Below are positions 17,428 to 31,811 of a stretch of 64,000 nt of DNA, piece by piece. The stretch is from the human T2T-CHM13v2.0 reference genome, Homo sapiens. Below the pieces are notes generated by a model, which worked only from the letters and a program-made list of their open reading frames with translations, was not told the DNA's origin and made no database searches. The stretch lies in NCBI RefSeq assembly GCF_009914755.1, contig NC_060926.1, one strand, 5' to 3'. Position numbers and translations under genes: made by a program. Each line of letters starts with the position of its first letter. Positions within the stretch are counted from its first letter, which is position 1.

Positions 17428-19341
17428 TAAATACCAAAGGGATCCCACTGATCTGCCTCATTTATATCTTATTACACCTTCAACCGTTGTTTTTTAGGTT
17501 TCTACTATGCTGCTCTTTCATGTCCTTGAATGTGCCTTCCTCATGGCCGTATTTGTCTGCTTGCACTATTCATTCCATGTGCTCCCTTTTATATAAGTAA
17601 TACTTGACACCCTTTAGAGTTTTGCTAAAACATGACTTCCTCAGGGGAGTTTTCCTCACACCAGAAGGTCTCTCTAATACTCTTGGAGGCACAGGTGATC
17701 CTGGTCACAGGTCAATCATGTTTAACATCTGTTTTTCACAGAATAGAAGCTCCATGCAGATAGGAATCATATTTATTCCCACTGTTGTGTGCTCAGTGTT
17801 CAGATTGTGTCTGGCACATGCTAGATGCTCGATACATATTTGTTAAATGAATATTCAAGTACTGATGGGAAGAATTTACACAGCCCTCTTCTCTACCTGT
17901 AGAAATGTAAAGTTGAAGAAACTAGCTAGACAATCTATCTGCACAACTTGGTATCCTTTGATAAGTCTCAGGTCAACCTGTCACCTCTTAGATACTGGTA
18001 TTATTTACCATTACTTAATAAGCCAGGGGAATAATACGAGTATTCTAGACAAGGCTATTTTGTTTGATCTTTGATGAAAACACCAGTTTATATATGTTAA
18101 TCATGAATCAAAAGTTTTGCTTTAGAAATAACTACATAGCCTAGAATTTTGGAGAGTTAGTTTCTTCCTGTAAAATGTGCCCAAAACAGGTCTACAGAGC
18201 TAATGTTTTCTTTTTCATTAATTATTTCAACCTTTTATCATACCAATTGCAGAAATTTATAATCTCATCTTTTCTTGAAGAATGATGATAACATTTATGA
18301 TCCTGAACTTTTCTCCAGCCATCACTCATGACAGGACTACCTATGTGCAGTGGCCTAAAGTAATTTAATATTTTACATGATGAGATATGAAGGGGCAAAC
18401 ACTAAGAGCCGCATTCTGCTGCGTAACAAACATATAAAACACTAGTTTCACATTTTTCTTGCTTTAGAAATTTACTGACCATTAATTGTTGTTCTCAAAA
18501 TGCCAAATACACTTTGTCTTAGTCTAAAAATATTGAAAGCTAAGCACAAGCTAGGCATGGAGTTACTCATTGAGAGTTAAGAAAACAATTGACTATGCTG
18601 AAGAAAAAGAGATAGGTTTTAATCAAAATTTTATCATTTTTCTAGCTGTCACTCTACATATTGGAAATGATGAAATGTATGAAAAGGACTCAATGTCATA
18701 TTGACTCATTCATAAAAGTGTTTATAGAATGCGTAATTGGGAAACCCTGTTTGCAGAGCCCAGAGTCATGAAGAACAGAACTCAGGAAACCCATTTAAGA
18801 AAACATTGAGAATGTATAGAAAAGACCTCTATGATGGCTTCTGCATTATTCAGATTACTCAAAGAAAAGATGTCAGTAATGCAAGTTAAAATAGGTATTT
18901 TATTGAGAAACTTGCTTTGTCAGTGAGAAAGTTAACAGTTACAAATATTTTCATTTAATAAAATTAGCATATTTTTAATTCTAAAAATGTCTCTTAAAAG
19001 CCTTTATTATCTGAAACTGCAGATCATTCTGATCCAGGGTTTTCTTTTAGGGTCTCCCATGGAAAAAGATATTGCAGATTCCATTCATGCAAATAACAGA
19101 AGTAGTATGACTTGTTCACAAACAAATTCTCCACTTGAGTTTCAGTTGTCTGCATGCATGTGAATTAACATCTTTATTACTGTAACTAGAAAAATCTCCT
19201 GGTAACAGCAATGAGGCCTTAGACTTACCCTTGAGCATTCAGAGTCATAATATGGTCTTATTAAAAAAGGAAAATTCCGCAGCAAGACAATTCAGCTTAA
19301 AAACATCCCCATTCCCTAATCACAACTTAAAATTGGTATAG

Positions 19342-19608
<267 letters not shown>

Positions 19609-19935
19609 TAATCAGGATGGTCTCGATCTCCTGACCTCGTGATCCGCCAGCCTCGACCTCCCAAAGTGCTGGGATTGCAGGTATGAACCACCGCGCCTGG
19701 CCCCCATGCAGGTTTTTAAAAAACTGTTTATTTGTTGCATTAAAAGGGCAATGACTCTAACCCTATAAATTATTTTATTAATAACTTTTTTACATGAGAC
19801 ACTTAAAGTATAATTAAATAAATATCTGAAACGTTTAAAATAAGTTAAACTAGCACTGACATCTAATAATTAAGATGCTCAAAGGTCATCTAAATAGATC
19901 TCTTTAATTTACTGAAGATAAAGTTTACCTGAAGA

Positions 19936-20513
19936 TGCTATGGTCTAAATGTCTGTGTCCTCCTAGAATTCTTATGTTGAAACCTAATCCTCAATCATGT
20001 TTAACATCTGTTTTTCACAGGAGAATAGAAGCTCCATGAGGATAGGAATCATATTTGTTCCAACTGTTGTGTGCTCAGTGTTCAGATTGTGTCTGGAACA
20101 TGCTAGATGCTCGATAAGTTATTTGTTAAATGAATATTCAAGTACTGATGGGAAGAATTTACACAGCCCCACTTCTCTGCCTGTAGAAATGTAAAGTTGA
20201 AGTCACATCCTCAATGTGTTAGTATTAGGAGGTAGGGCCTTTGAGAGGTTATTAGATCATGAGGGTGGAGCCCTATTGAGTGGAATTAATGTCCTTATAA
20301 GGGGCCAATGAGACCAGTTCTTCCCATCTACCATGTGGGGACACAGCAAGAAGGTACCATCTATGAGCCAGAAATTTGCCTTACCAGACACTAGATCTGT
20401 TAGTGCCTTAATCTTGGACTTCACAGCCTCCAAAACTGTGAGAAATAAGTTTATGTTGTTTATAAGCTATCCAGTTTATATTTTGTTTTAGTAGCTAAAA
20501 TATTAGACTAAGA
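19936..20513 (+). mobile_element. MaLR solo LTR (MLT1A/MST-like) interrupted by a ~210-bp insertion
   Basis: Start TGCTATGGTCTAAATGTCTGTGTCC; internal GGGCCTTTGAGAGG, TCATGAGGGTGGAGCCCT and TCTTGGACTTCACAGCCTCCAAAACTGTGAGAAATAA; end GACTAAGA. Confidence 0.8.
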
Positions 20514-20580
20514 GAAAAGGCAACATTTAGTAATTTTAAAAATTATATATTTTTATACATGGACACTTTAAAAAGACTAA

Positions 20581-20911
<331 letters not shown>

Positions 20912-21832
20912 TAGGTTTAGAATTTTTAAATATTGGCTTGAACTATATAGTTTTTTTTTTTTTAACTACAGGGAATAAAGTAGAAGTTATCCTGCATTAC
21001 GATGCTTTGTTCAAACACAGAAATGATACATCATATGGCAATAATTTTGTTGATAAAATTCAAATTAATCTACTCAAATTATTATTTGTAGCATGAAAGT
21101 TAAAGATCAGATTGTACTTCTGCAGGACTGTGGAGATAATAATACATATGGAGGTTCTTATTCCTTTCCTTAATGGCATAGATTAGTAATTTGGGTAGAA
21201 AAGAAAAGACAAACTTTAAAAAAAAATATTGCCTCTAGGTTTTTTTTGCTTGTTTTTTGTTTTTGAGACAGGGTCTTGCTCTGTCACCCAGGTTGAAGTG
21301 CAGTGATGTGATCTTGGTTCACTGCAACCTGCGCCTCCCAGGCTCAAGGGGTACTCCCACCTCAGTCTCCGAAGTAGCTGGGACTACAGGCATGCACTAC
21401 CACACCTGGGTATTCTTTTTTCTTTTTCTTTTTCTTTTTTTTTTTTTAGTACAGACCGGGTTTCACCACGTTGCCCGGGCTGGTCTTGAACTCCTGACCT
21501 CAAGCGATCTGCCCGCCTCAGCCTCCCAAAGTGCTGAGATTACAGGCGTGAGCCACTAAGCCTAGCCCTCTAGTTTTTAAATGAGTACTATTTGTCAAGG
21601 AAATGGAAAAAAGAAAAAGAACCTCTTATTAGAATCATTAAAATTCTTTTTCAAGAGATGCTATCAAAAAATATAAAGTTGTCATAATTTAAGGTCCATC
21701 TCCTGCTAGTAATACACTTGCCAAATTTGATAATTTATAGGAACAGTTAATAGGATATTAATTTTGAAATTATAGTAAACAGTTGCAGAAAGCAATGATT
21801 ATATAATGTTGGCATATTCGTATTATTTATAG

Positions 21833-22676
<844 letters not shown>

Positions 22677-22759
22677 TAACTTGCCCAAGGTCACCCAGCT
22701 AAAAACTAATGAATACGCGGCTAGAATATGATTCCATGTAGGGTTCTCCCCTGCATAAT

Positions 22760-23060
22760 TTAGGTCTTAGGGGAATGTGAGGGTGGGGATGAATGCTCAA
22801 TTTCTTTATATCTTTCCTGTTGGAGAGTGTTTGCATTAATAGCAGGAGGACTCTGTTCAGGACTCTTTTGAAGAAATCTGTAAAACAAGTACTCATCCCG
22901 GAATTCATACTCATTGGTAATATGTTGGATGACTCCCCCTTGTACCAGCCTGTCTCCGTATATCACAGCTTCACCACGGTCGGAGGCAAGGCCGACTTCA
23001 ATTAGCCAGCTCACCAGGTCACAGCCACAGAAAGTTCCAGCAGAAGTCTTTGCACCACAC
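22760..23060 (-). CDS. GPR155: GPR155 last coding exon, 301 bp; DEP domain (CGAKTSAGTFCGCDLVSWLIEVGLASDRGEAVIYGDRLVQGGVIQHIT...FYRF) to stop
   Basis: acacag| acceptor; DEP consensus F.G.DLV.WL...R.EAV..G..L...G.I.H; TAA at 22760-22762. The 14 exons total 2153 nt, which fits an 870-aa protein with 460 coding nt upstream of the window. Confidence 0.97.
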
Positions 23061-25100
23061 CTGTGTCAAAGGAATGATTCACCCATATTTTCTGTAAATC
23101 TGGTATCAGCACTGCATGATAGAGGACAAGCAAGAAAAAATAGAAGGAAACAAGGAAAGACAGCATGGTAGTTACAAGCATAGCAGGAAGGAAACTGTTC
23201 TGAATAGAAAGGGTTTGTTAACTCTCCTGACCTAGAAAGACCCACTGGAGAAAAAGAAAATATGCCAGTAATGCTTGTGAAAACAGAAATGCTTAAACAA
23301 TACCAAAAAAAGTCATAGATAATGTAAATGCACTTACAAAGAAATACTTTTTATAGTAGCCTGTTATCAGATCTGTCCTGTAATAGCTGAATATGACATA
23401 TTTTATAATTTATACTTTTAGTTATACTAAGTAGTTTGTGTCAGGAACACTAAATATTTTTCACGAGCTCTTAAGAAGTGATTATTTTCACTATTCAAAT
23501 CAAACTTTATTTTTAGCTCCATATACATCATGTATACGTATGCACTACATACATCATAGTGCCCCACAAGTAGCCTTTCTTCTTGCCCTCAGCAGGCAAG
23601 ACAATCCTACTGATATGTTTGTCAGAAATTTGCTTCATTAGGAAGCAAGGAAAGAATAAGTGAGATCTAACTTGCTACAAATCTAAGATTTTTAAAATGT
23701 GCTTTGTGAATCTACTTCTTGAATATTTAAAAATCTGTCTTCCTGATGCAAATATGGGATGTCTTAAGTATGTACAAATAAACAAAGGATAGAGAGATAC
23801 AGGGAAAAAAATCCAATTACACGAGTGCTGTACATTTCCACACAAATACACTATAGATAGACAACATGAATCTGTCCACAAGCATCATTCAGGCTACAAA
23901 ACCTAAAGTGCTTGACGTGGGAAATGGTGGATGAAGATCAAGGTGAAAGGAGAAATAGGTGACAAAAATTTAAAAACATTTCACCATAAATGAATATTCA
24001 TTAGAGTTTATATAAGAATTAGAAAAAAAGGTTAATACTCATGAAAAGTTTTCTCAAATACATAAAACTACATTATTTTAACATCAGTATTTCATTTAGA
24101 GATAAGTTATCTTAATTTATGCCTTGCAACTAGAAACACCACATTCGACAAAAGCCTGGATATTATACTCTGTGTTAGCCTTCTTTTTGCTTGTTGATTT
24201 TTTTATTTATGGCCTAACACCTTTTTTTTTTTTTTTTTTGAGACAAAGTTTCACTCTTGTTGCCCAGGCTGGAGTGCAATGGCACGATCTCAGCTTACCC
24301 CACAACCTCCGTCTCCTGGGTTCAAGTGATTCTCTTGCCTCAGCCTCCCGAGTAGATGGGATTACAGGCATGCGCCACCACACCTGGCTAATTTTGTGTT
24401 TTTAGTAGAGACGGGATTTCTCCATGTTGGTCAGGCTGGTCTCGAACTCCCGACCTCAGGTGATCTGCCCACCTCAGCCTCCCAAAGTGCTGGGATTACA
24501 GGCGTGAGCCACCGTGCCTGGCCTATAGCCTGACACCTTCTATTCCAGACACCAACAGAGTATTTATTTCCTGATGACTGTGATCAGGCAGCTATAATAA
24601 CAGCCCATGGCTGGGTATGGTGGCTCACGCTTGTAATCCCAGCACTTTTTTTGGGAGGCCGAGGTGGGCAGATCACTTGAGCTCAGGAGTTTGAGACCAG
24701 CCTGGCCAACATGGCAAAACTCCATCTCTACTAAAAAAATACAAAAAATTAGCTGGGTATGGTGGCACGCACCTGTAGTTCCAGCTTCTCAGAAGGCTGA
24801 GCCCAGGAGATTGGGGCTGCAGTGAGATTGCGCCACTGCACTCCAGCCTGGGCGATGGGAGTAAGACTCTGTCTCAAAGAAACAAACAAAAAAACCAGCC
24901 CATGGAGCTGTACAAAGTGGCAGAGAATGTGACACTGTACAGGCTGTAGAGCCTGGAAAGGGGCAGGAAACAGGCTGGCACGCTCCCAGCCAGTGTCCAT
25001 TCAGCCAAATGGGACTGAGGCAGACTGGCAGCCCTGCAAATTGCAAAAGCTATGCTTCCTTCCCAAGAGCTGGCAATCACACTGGGCCTCAAAGAGCTAA

Positions 25101-25271
<171 letters not shown>

Positions 25272-26537
25272 TGAGTAGCTTGAATTACAGGCGCCCGCCA
25301 ACACACCCGGCTAGTTTTGTATTTTTAGTAGAGACAGGGTTTCACCATGTTGGCCAGGCTGGTCTTGAACTCCTGACCTCAGGTGACCCTCCCACCTTGG
25401 CCTCCTAAAGTGCTGGGATTACAGGCATGAGCCAGCACGCCCGGCCCTAAAAAGCAGTTTTAAATTGTCGAAACTATTCATAGATGGCACTTTGAAATAA
25501 TTGTGCTCAGAAGGGTGAAAAACTAACTTTTCTTCATAGTTTACTATTGCCAGAAAGTGGGCTATGCCTATCACAGACATTCTGTCATCTAATTCAACAA
25601 TCCCAAGAATTCGATATTTTAAAGAAGAGGAAAACTAAAATTTAGAGAATTGAACTTGCCCAATGTCACACAGCCAACAAGCGGCAGTTCAGGAGCTGAG
25701 TTCTAGTATTAGTCCACACCCACTGCAGCCCCTTTTCCACTCTCCGTACCAGGCTACCTTCTGATTATAATGATATATATGTTAAATACAGTGGCATAAT
25801 ATATGTAAATAAATTATCCTCCATATGAATTTTCATACATTTCATATTTTCAGTTATAGACATAAAAGTATTTGGTTCTTTATATTTTGTTTTGTTTTCT
25901 CTTTTATGACAAAGAGAAATACTGGTAGTATAGTATTTATTCAAAGTTCATAATTTCCTGCTGTATACTTCGTTTATAAAAAAATTTTTTTCCTCATCCA
26001 AAATTAAAAGAGAACCTGCTATATACTTCATACCTTAAGGATTAGTATAATAAATATTATGTCACAGACTAAAGATTAGAACTTGAAGTGAAACATAAGC
26101 AACAAAATTAAGTGGCAGAAATTTCATTTCATTTTCTTGACAAATACATTTGTCAAGAAATGCTGAGGTGGGAATATAACATCACTTCTAAATCCAATGT
26201 ATCTCAAAGTTTTGTGAGAGACACTACTGGCCAACTTGAAATCAGTGTCAATATTCTATGACATTTTGGTTCACTCTAAACTGAAGTGTTCACATTTTAT
26301 ATGGCAATCAGAAGTTATATGACATTTTTAAAATATTAAAATCAACGTAAATGGTTCTTTTATATGCCATTTCTGAAACTATAAACTCACTCATAATTCC
26401 TGTAACTTTTACATGCATATGTAAAAATAATCATGTAATCAGTCACAACCACCTCATTTAGCCTATTACAATCCAAAATTAATCAATTAATCATTTAAAA
26501 TATAATTGTCTAGAACCTGTACTGGCACTTTGCTTAC

Positions 26538-26675
26538 CTTCTTTCTTTGACAATGTTTCGGATACAGAGGTCACGGTGATAATGGATAAATTGTTGACAG
26601 GTCATTTTTATTTCCTCTGAAACAGGAGAATCCCTGTTTTCTGCTGTGTCTTTATTGTTCCATAGGAATTCAAGT
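26538..26675 (-). CDS. GPR155: GPR155 exon 15, 138 bp (RLEFLWNNKDTAENRDSPVSEEIKMTCQQFIHYHRDLCIRNIVKERR)
   Basis: tttcag| acceptor and |gtaagc donor; matches ORF 26534..26746. Confidence 0.96.
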
Positions 26676-26802
26676 CTGAAAATCAAATTTATGGCCATTT
26701 TTAAGGACAGAAAAGCACTGAGAGAGAACTCTTCCTGCCTTATCACCCCATCAAAATGGCTGTTCCAAAGCTGTCGATCACCAAAGCTGTCATCTACAAT
26801 AC

Positions 26803-26882
26803 CCAGACATCGTTAGTCTCAGAAGCAAAAACATTCTACATTCCAGACATCATTAGTCTCAGAAGCAAAAACATTCTACATT
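26803..26882. repeat. 40-bp tandem duplication
   Basis: CCAGACATC(G/A)TTAGTCTCAGAAGCAAAAACATTCTACATT x2 with one mismatch. Confidence 0.95.
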
Positions 26883-28061
26883 CAATTTCCTATTCAAAGC
26901 ATACTGGGGTGGAAGACTTAATCATTTTATAAACCCTCCAGACATGTTTGATCCATTTCAGGTTCTACTAATAAATGTTCCTTACTCTACATTCTACTGT
27001 TTTGAAATGCAAAGATAAATTAGAGATCAAATATTTTGTTTAATCACTTTTCTATTTTAGTACCACAGAGACAAATACCAAAAACTCGTACTCCAAAAAC
27101 TGGAGTACGAAACAGTTTTGTTTCAGCAAGCCTACACATTAGAATCGTTGATTATTTTACCCAGTCAACAAATGAAGCTGATAACTAAGTTCAATGACTT
27201 TCCAATTATGCTTTTCTTCTTTCATGAAATGATTATGAACCTAGCAACTACATCTTGATGATAATGATAAAGATGAAGAAGAAAGAACCATTAGCATTTA
27301 CTGGGCACTTTTCATAGCGCTGGTGGGATACATTTCTTTAGCACTTCCAGTTTCTACAAATTTTGACTTTGAAAACACAAGAAGTAGAAAGATTTGTCCC
27401 GACCTCTTCCTCCTACCCCCACATTGGAGTATTACTACTTGTTATTTTTCATAAAGAAATCCCTGATCTTAATTCAAAGAAACCCTTCACTAAGCTGATA
27501 AAAAAACCAACAATTTAGAAAGAAACTTGAGTTTTCTGTAAGCTGTCAGTTTGATAAAAAGAGAAATTGTGTGGTCAAAGGAGACAGACAATCAAATATA
27601 GACCATAGGGGCACACCACCTACTACTTCCATTTCCAAAGACATTTTCAAGTTTCATTTAACTTTATGTAATAGTTAATAGCATAGATAGAAATCAATGT
27701 CCATCAATTCTTGTTAAAGTGCAAATTACAATGCCAGATTTGTAATAGTTCCTCCAGTTTTTTTTTGCAGTTGTTTATAACCTTTGTGTGGCATTTAGTG
27801 GTGTCTTCGCAGTTACTAAAGGTTTAAAAACATCAGTATCTTTTTTTTAAGCATAATATAGCAAATTTTTATTTGACATTCAAGTGTTGAAATTAAGCAT
27901 TTTATGTACCATCATTTGGACACTCAAATATATTTTCTTAGGTTTATAATTTAGGCATTAAAAATACGTCCTAGTAAAAGTTTCACCATACAAAGCCTAG
28001 GATAGGGGCATCACAGGGCTAATTTTACCAATCAAATTAAAATATATATATATTTAAAAAA

Positions 28062-28346
28062 TTTTTTTTAATTTTTATTTTTATTATTATACTTTAAGTT
28101 CTAGGGTACATGTAAAAAACATGCAGGTTTGTTACATATGTATACATGTGCCATGTTGGTGTGCTGCACCCATTAACTCGTCGTTTACATTAGGTATATC
28201 TCCTAATGCTATCCCTCCCACCTTACCCTACCCCACGACAGGCCCCGGTGTGTGATGTTCCCCACCGTGTGTCCAAGTGTTCTCATTGTTCAGTTGCCAC
28301 CTATGAGTGAGAACATGCTGTGTTTGGTTTTCTGTCCTTGCGATAG
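28062..28346 (-). mobile_element. 5'-truncated L1PA (PA3/PA4-like) 3' end
   Basis: TTATTATTATACTTTAAGTTCTAGGGTACATGT...CCCCACGACAGGCCCCGGTGTG...GTCCTTGCGATAG is the reverse of the primate L1 3' UTR. Confidence 0.9.
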
Positions 28347-28545
28347 AAAAACATCAGTATCTTTGTGTGTGTGTGTGTGTGTGTGTGCGTGTGTGTGTGA
28401 CAGGATCTTGCTCTGTCGCCCAGGCTGGAGTGCAGTGGCACAATCTTGGCTCACTGCAACCTCTGCCTCCCAGGTTCAAGCCATCCTCCTGCCTCAACCT
28501 CCTGAGTAGCTGGGACTACAAAAGCATGCCACCACACCTGGCTAA

Positions 28546-28698
<153 letters not shown>

Positions 28699-28753
28699 TA
28701 ATGGCTTTGTCATCACATTTACAGATACAGATTTATTTCAAAACTTAATTTAC

Positions 28754-28818
28754 CTTCTTTTGAAAGGCAGGATGATTAAATGTTTATCTAATCCAAAGAT
28801 TCCAAAGGAAATAAATCC
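28754..28818 (-). CDS. GPR155: GPR155 exon 14, 65 bp (GFISFGIFGLDKHLIILPFKR)
   Basis: ccctag| acceptor and |gtaaat donor; completes the class-B-like NFGQGF last-TM motif. Confidence 0.94.
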
Positions 28819-30761
28819 CTAGGGAAGAAAACAAAGTTATTTTTTTCAGAATTCAACAATAACATTTTAAAACAGAGAAGTTAAGGAAGTCACCAAATTT
28901 AGTGTTTGAGGAGACAAACCTATAGTGACAAGAGCAACATTTTAAGTGGAACACACAAAGTAGGCCCTTCAAAGGCAGGTATGATGCTTTGCTGCCTTTT
29001 CCCAATCATTCTATCCCACTCATTGTGATGGGTGATACAAACCAGGGCTGAGCAGCCGCATTTACATGATAGTAAAATGAAAACGTTTAAGGGCATATAT
29101 GTCTTTGTTTCCCCTTTATAAAAAGAAAATATTTCCCACTGTGCGTAAGTATTTATTATTTTTCCATGAAACCTCACAAATTATATAATTAACAAGTGTT
29201 GCAGTATCTAATAATAATGCAGTAATTGAACAGAATTTATGTAAAGTGAAACTGGCTAGTGGTTAGGAGAAGAGTTCAAGGATTTGTGAGTGTCAAGGCA
29301 AACGCCTAGCACCAGGTATCAGCCACAGGTTAGGACAATTTAAGACTCTTTTTGAGAGATAGGAAGTTGGGAGCTGCCACTTGTGTCACACTGGGATAAG
29401 GATCTGAGTGCAACTTGATAGAAGTAGAATGGAGAATGCAGAAGGACCCAAATTTCTTCATCCCCCATACTATAAACAGCCAGAAGGGAATGAGCTTACC
29501 ATACCACCTCCCCAAGAGGAAAATGGGATGGGAATGGGGTTTCTGTCTGTCTTGCTCCATTGAACCACTTCGGCCTTAAGTTGTGGGGCAGCATTTTAAA
29601 TGCAACATTCCTGGCATTAGCTGCTGTTGATGACACAGCCCTATGGAATGAAGCTCATCCCAGTCCCAGTTCTGGATAGCTCAGCTTAGAATGGGCTTTC
29701 TGAATGCAAAATGCTAAGTCAGACTATGATTTTTCAACTCAGTATTTTATAGTTCTTAGATACAAAATCAGATCTTAAACAGTATCACAAAGTGAGATAT
29801 CAAGTAGGATGCTCATGTCTGTCTGTAATAAACTGATTAAGGTCATTTGTCTCTGTGGGCATAGCCATTTTTGCTCCCATCATAATGGCCAAACTGTAAA
29901 TATTGTAAGAAATTAATATTAGGAAAAACAGCGACATCTATTGACAAATGTTAACTCATTCATATGGCAAATTATTTTAGATTTAATAGACAAACTCAGT
30001 GATTTCAAATGTGTGGGGTTTTTTGTTTTTTGACCTGATACTCAGTCTGTGGACTAATATTCTGTAATGCAAAAGTAAGGGCTGGGTGCGGTGGCCCATG
30101 CCCGTTAATACCAGCACTTTGGGAGGCCAAGGCAGGTGGATCACTTGAGGTCAGGAGTTCAAGACCAGCCTGGCCAACATGGTGAAACCTCATCTCTACT
30201 GAAAATACAAAAATTAGCTGGGCATGGTAGCAGGTGCCTGTAGTCCTAGCTACTCAGGAGGCTGAGGTAGGAGAACCACCTGAACCCAGGAGGTGGAGGT
30301 TGCAGTGAGCTAACGCCAATGCACTCCAGCCTGGATGACAGAATGAGACTCCATCTCAATTAAAAAAAAAAAGTAAGGAGTTAAAGGTCAAAATTTGGAA
30401 TTTGCACATAAAAAATATTTTCCCAATATGTAAGATGTAATTTATCCTTAAGTATCCATTTTAATAGTGACATAAACATAGACAATAGCACCTATCATAT
30501 TACTTGTTTATGGAATTTTAGTTTCCTAATTCATAAACTGGGGGTGATAATACTACTTTGCAGGTGTTGTCATGATGTTTAAATGAGATAATGAATGTAA
30601 AATGCTTAACGATGGTTGGCACATAGTAGACTATCAAGGAATGGTAACTGCTATCCCTAGCCAAAATTTATTTATATACCACATGATTTTTCTTTTTAAG
30701 ATTTAAGTATCTATTGTTCAAGAAACATCAAAATGTAAATGAAATGATGTCCACTAATTTA

Positions 30762-31078
<317 letters not shown>

Positions 31079-31715
31079 TTAAAAGTTCAGGGAAATTAAG
31101 TTATTTTCCCAAAGTGACCTTTTTTTTTTTTTTTTTTTTTTTGAGACAGTCTCATCTCACTCTGTCACCCAGGCTGGAGTGCAGTAGCACAGTCTCAGCT
31201 CGCTGCAACCTCCACTTCCTGGGTTCAAGTGATTCTTGTGCCTCAGCCTCTGCAGTAGCTTGGATTATAGGCATGGACTACCACGTCTGGCTAATTTTTT
31301 TGTATTTTTTTGTAGAGATGGGGTTTCACCATGTTGGCTAGGCTGGTTTTGAACTCCTGGCCTCAAGTGACCTGCCCACCTTGGCCTCCCAAAGTGCTGG
31401 GGTTACAGGTGTGAGCCAATGAGCCCGGTCCCAATGTGACTTATTAAGATCACACCAAAGTTACTACCTGGCATTTTTCTGGTGGAAGCACTCAGCGTAC
31501 ATTCTGATGACTTTAACCAATATAATAATTTGTCTCTACTAGAAGACAAGCAGCAGCTGTCAGCTGCCATGCATACCAGCAGCTGGCAAACAAACTAAAT
31601 CCTTTTTATGTGAAAGAAAACAACATCCTAATCCACTCCCCGCTTCCCCCGACCCCCTACCAATCAACCTATCCAGGAAGACAAAAACCCCTCAAAGTCC
31701 TCCATAAATAAATAC

Positions 31716-31811
31716 CTGACCAAAGTTAAACACGGCACAGAAAAACTGTAACTCAACATAAAGTCTTCCAGGCTCTTGGTTGAATAGCCACCATAAACAA
31801 CTGGAAAGATT
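31716..31811 (-). CDS. GPR155: GPR155 exon 13, 96 bp (NLSSCLWWLFNQEPGRLYVELQFFCAVFNFGQ)
   Basis: ttacag| acceptor and |gtattt donor; matches ORF 31692..31886. Confidence 0.96.

Noticed and set aside
22699-23171. Alternative-frame and antisense ORFs over the last GPR155 exon
   Set aside because: Short shadows of the real DEP exon, with no independent support.
29540-29720. Possible enhancer (TEAD-like CATTCC/GGAATG and ATF/AP-1-like TGATGACA)
   Set aside because: Short motifs occur by chance and cannot be supported without chromatin data.
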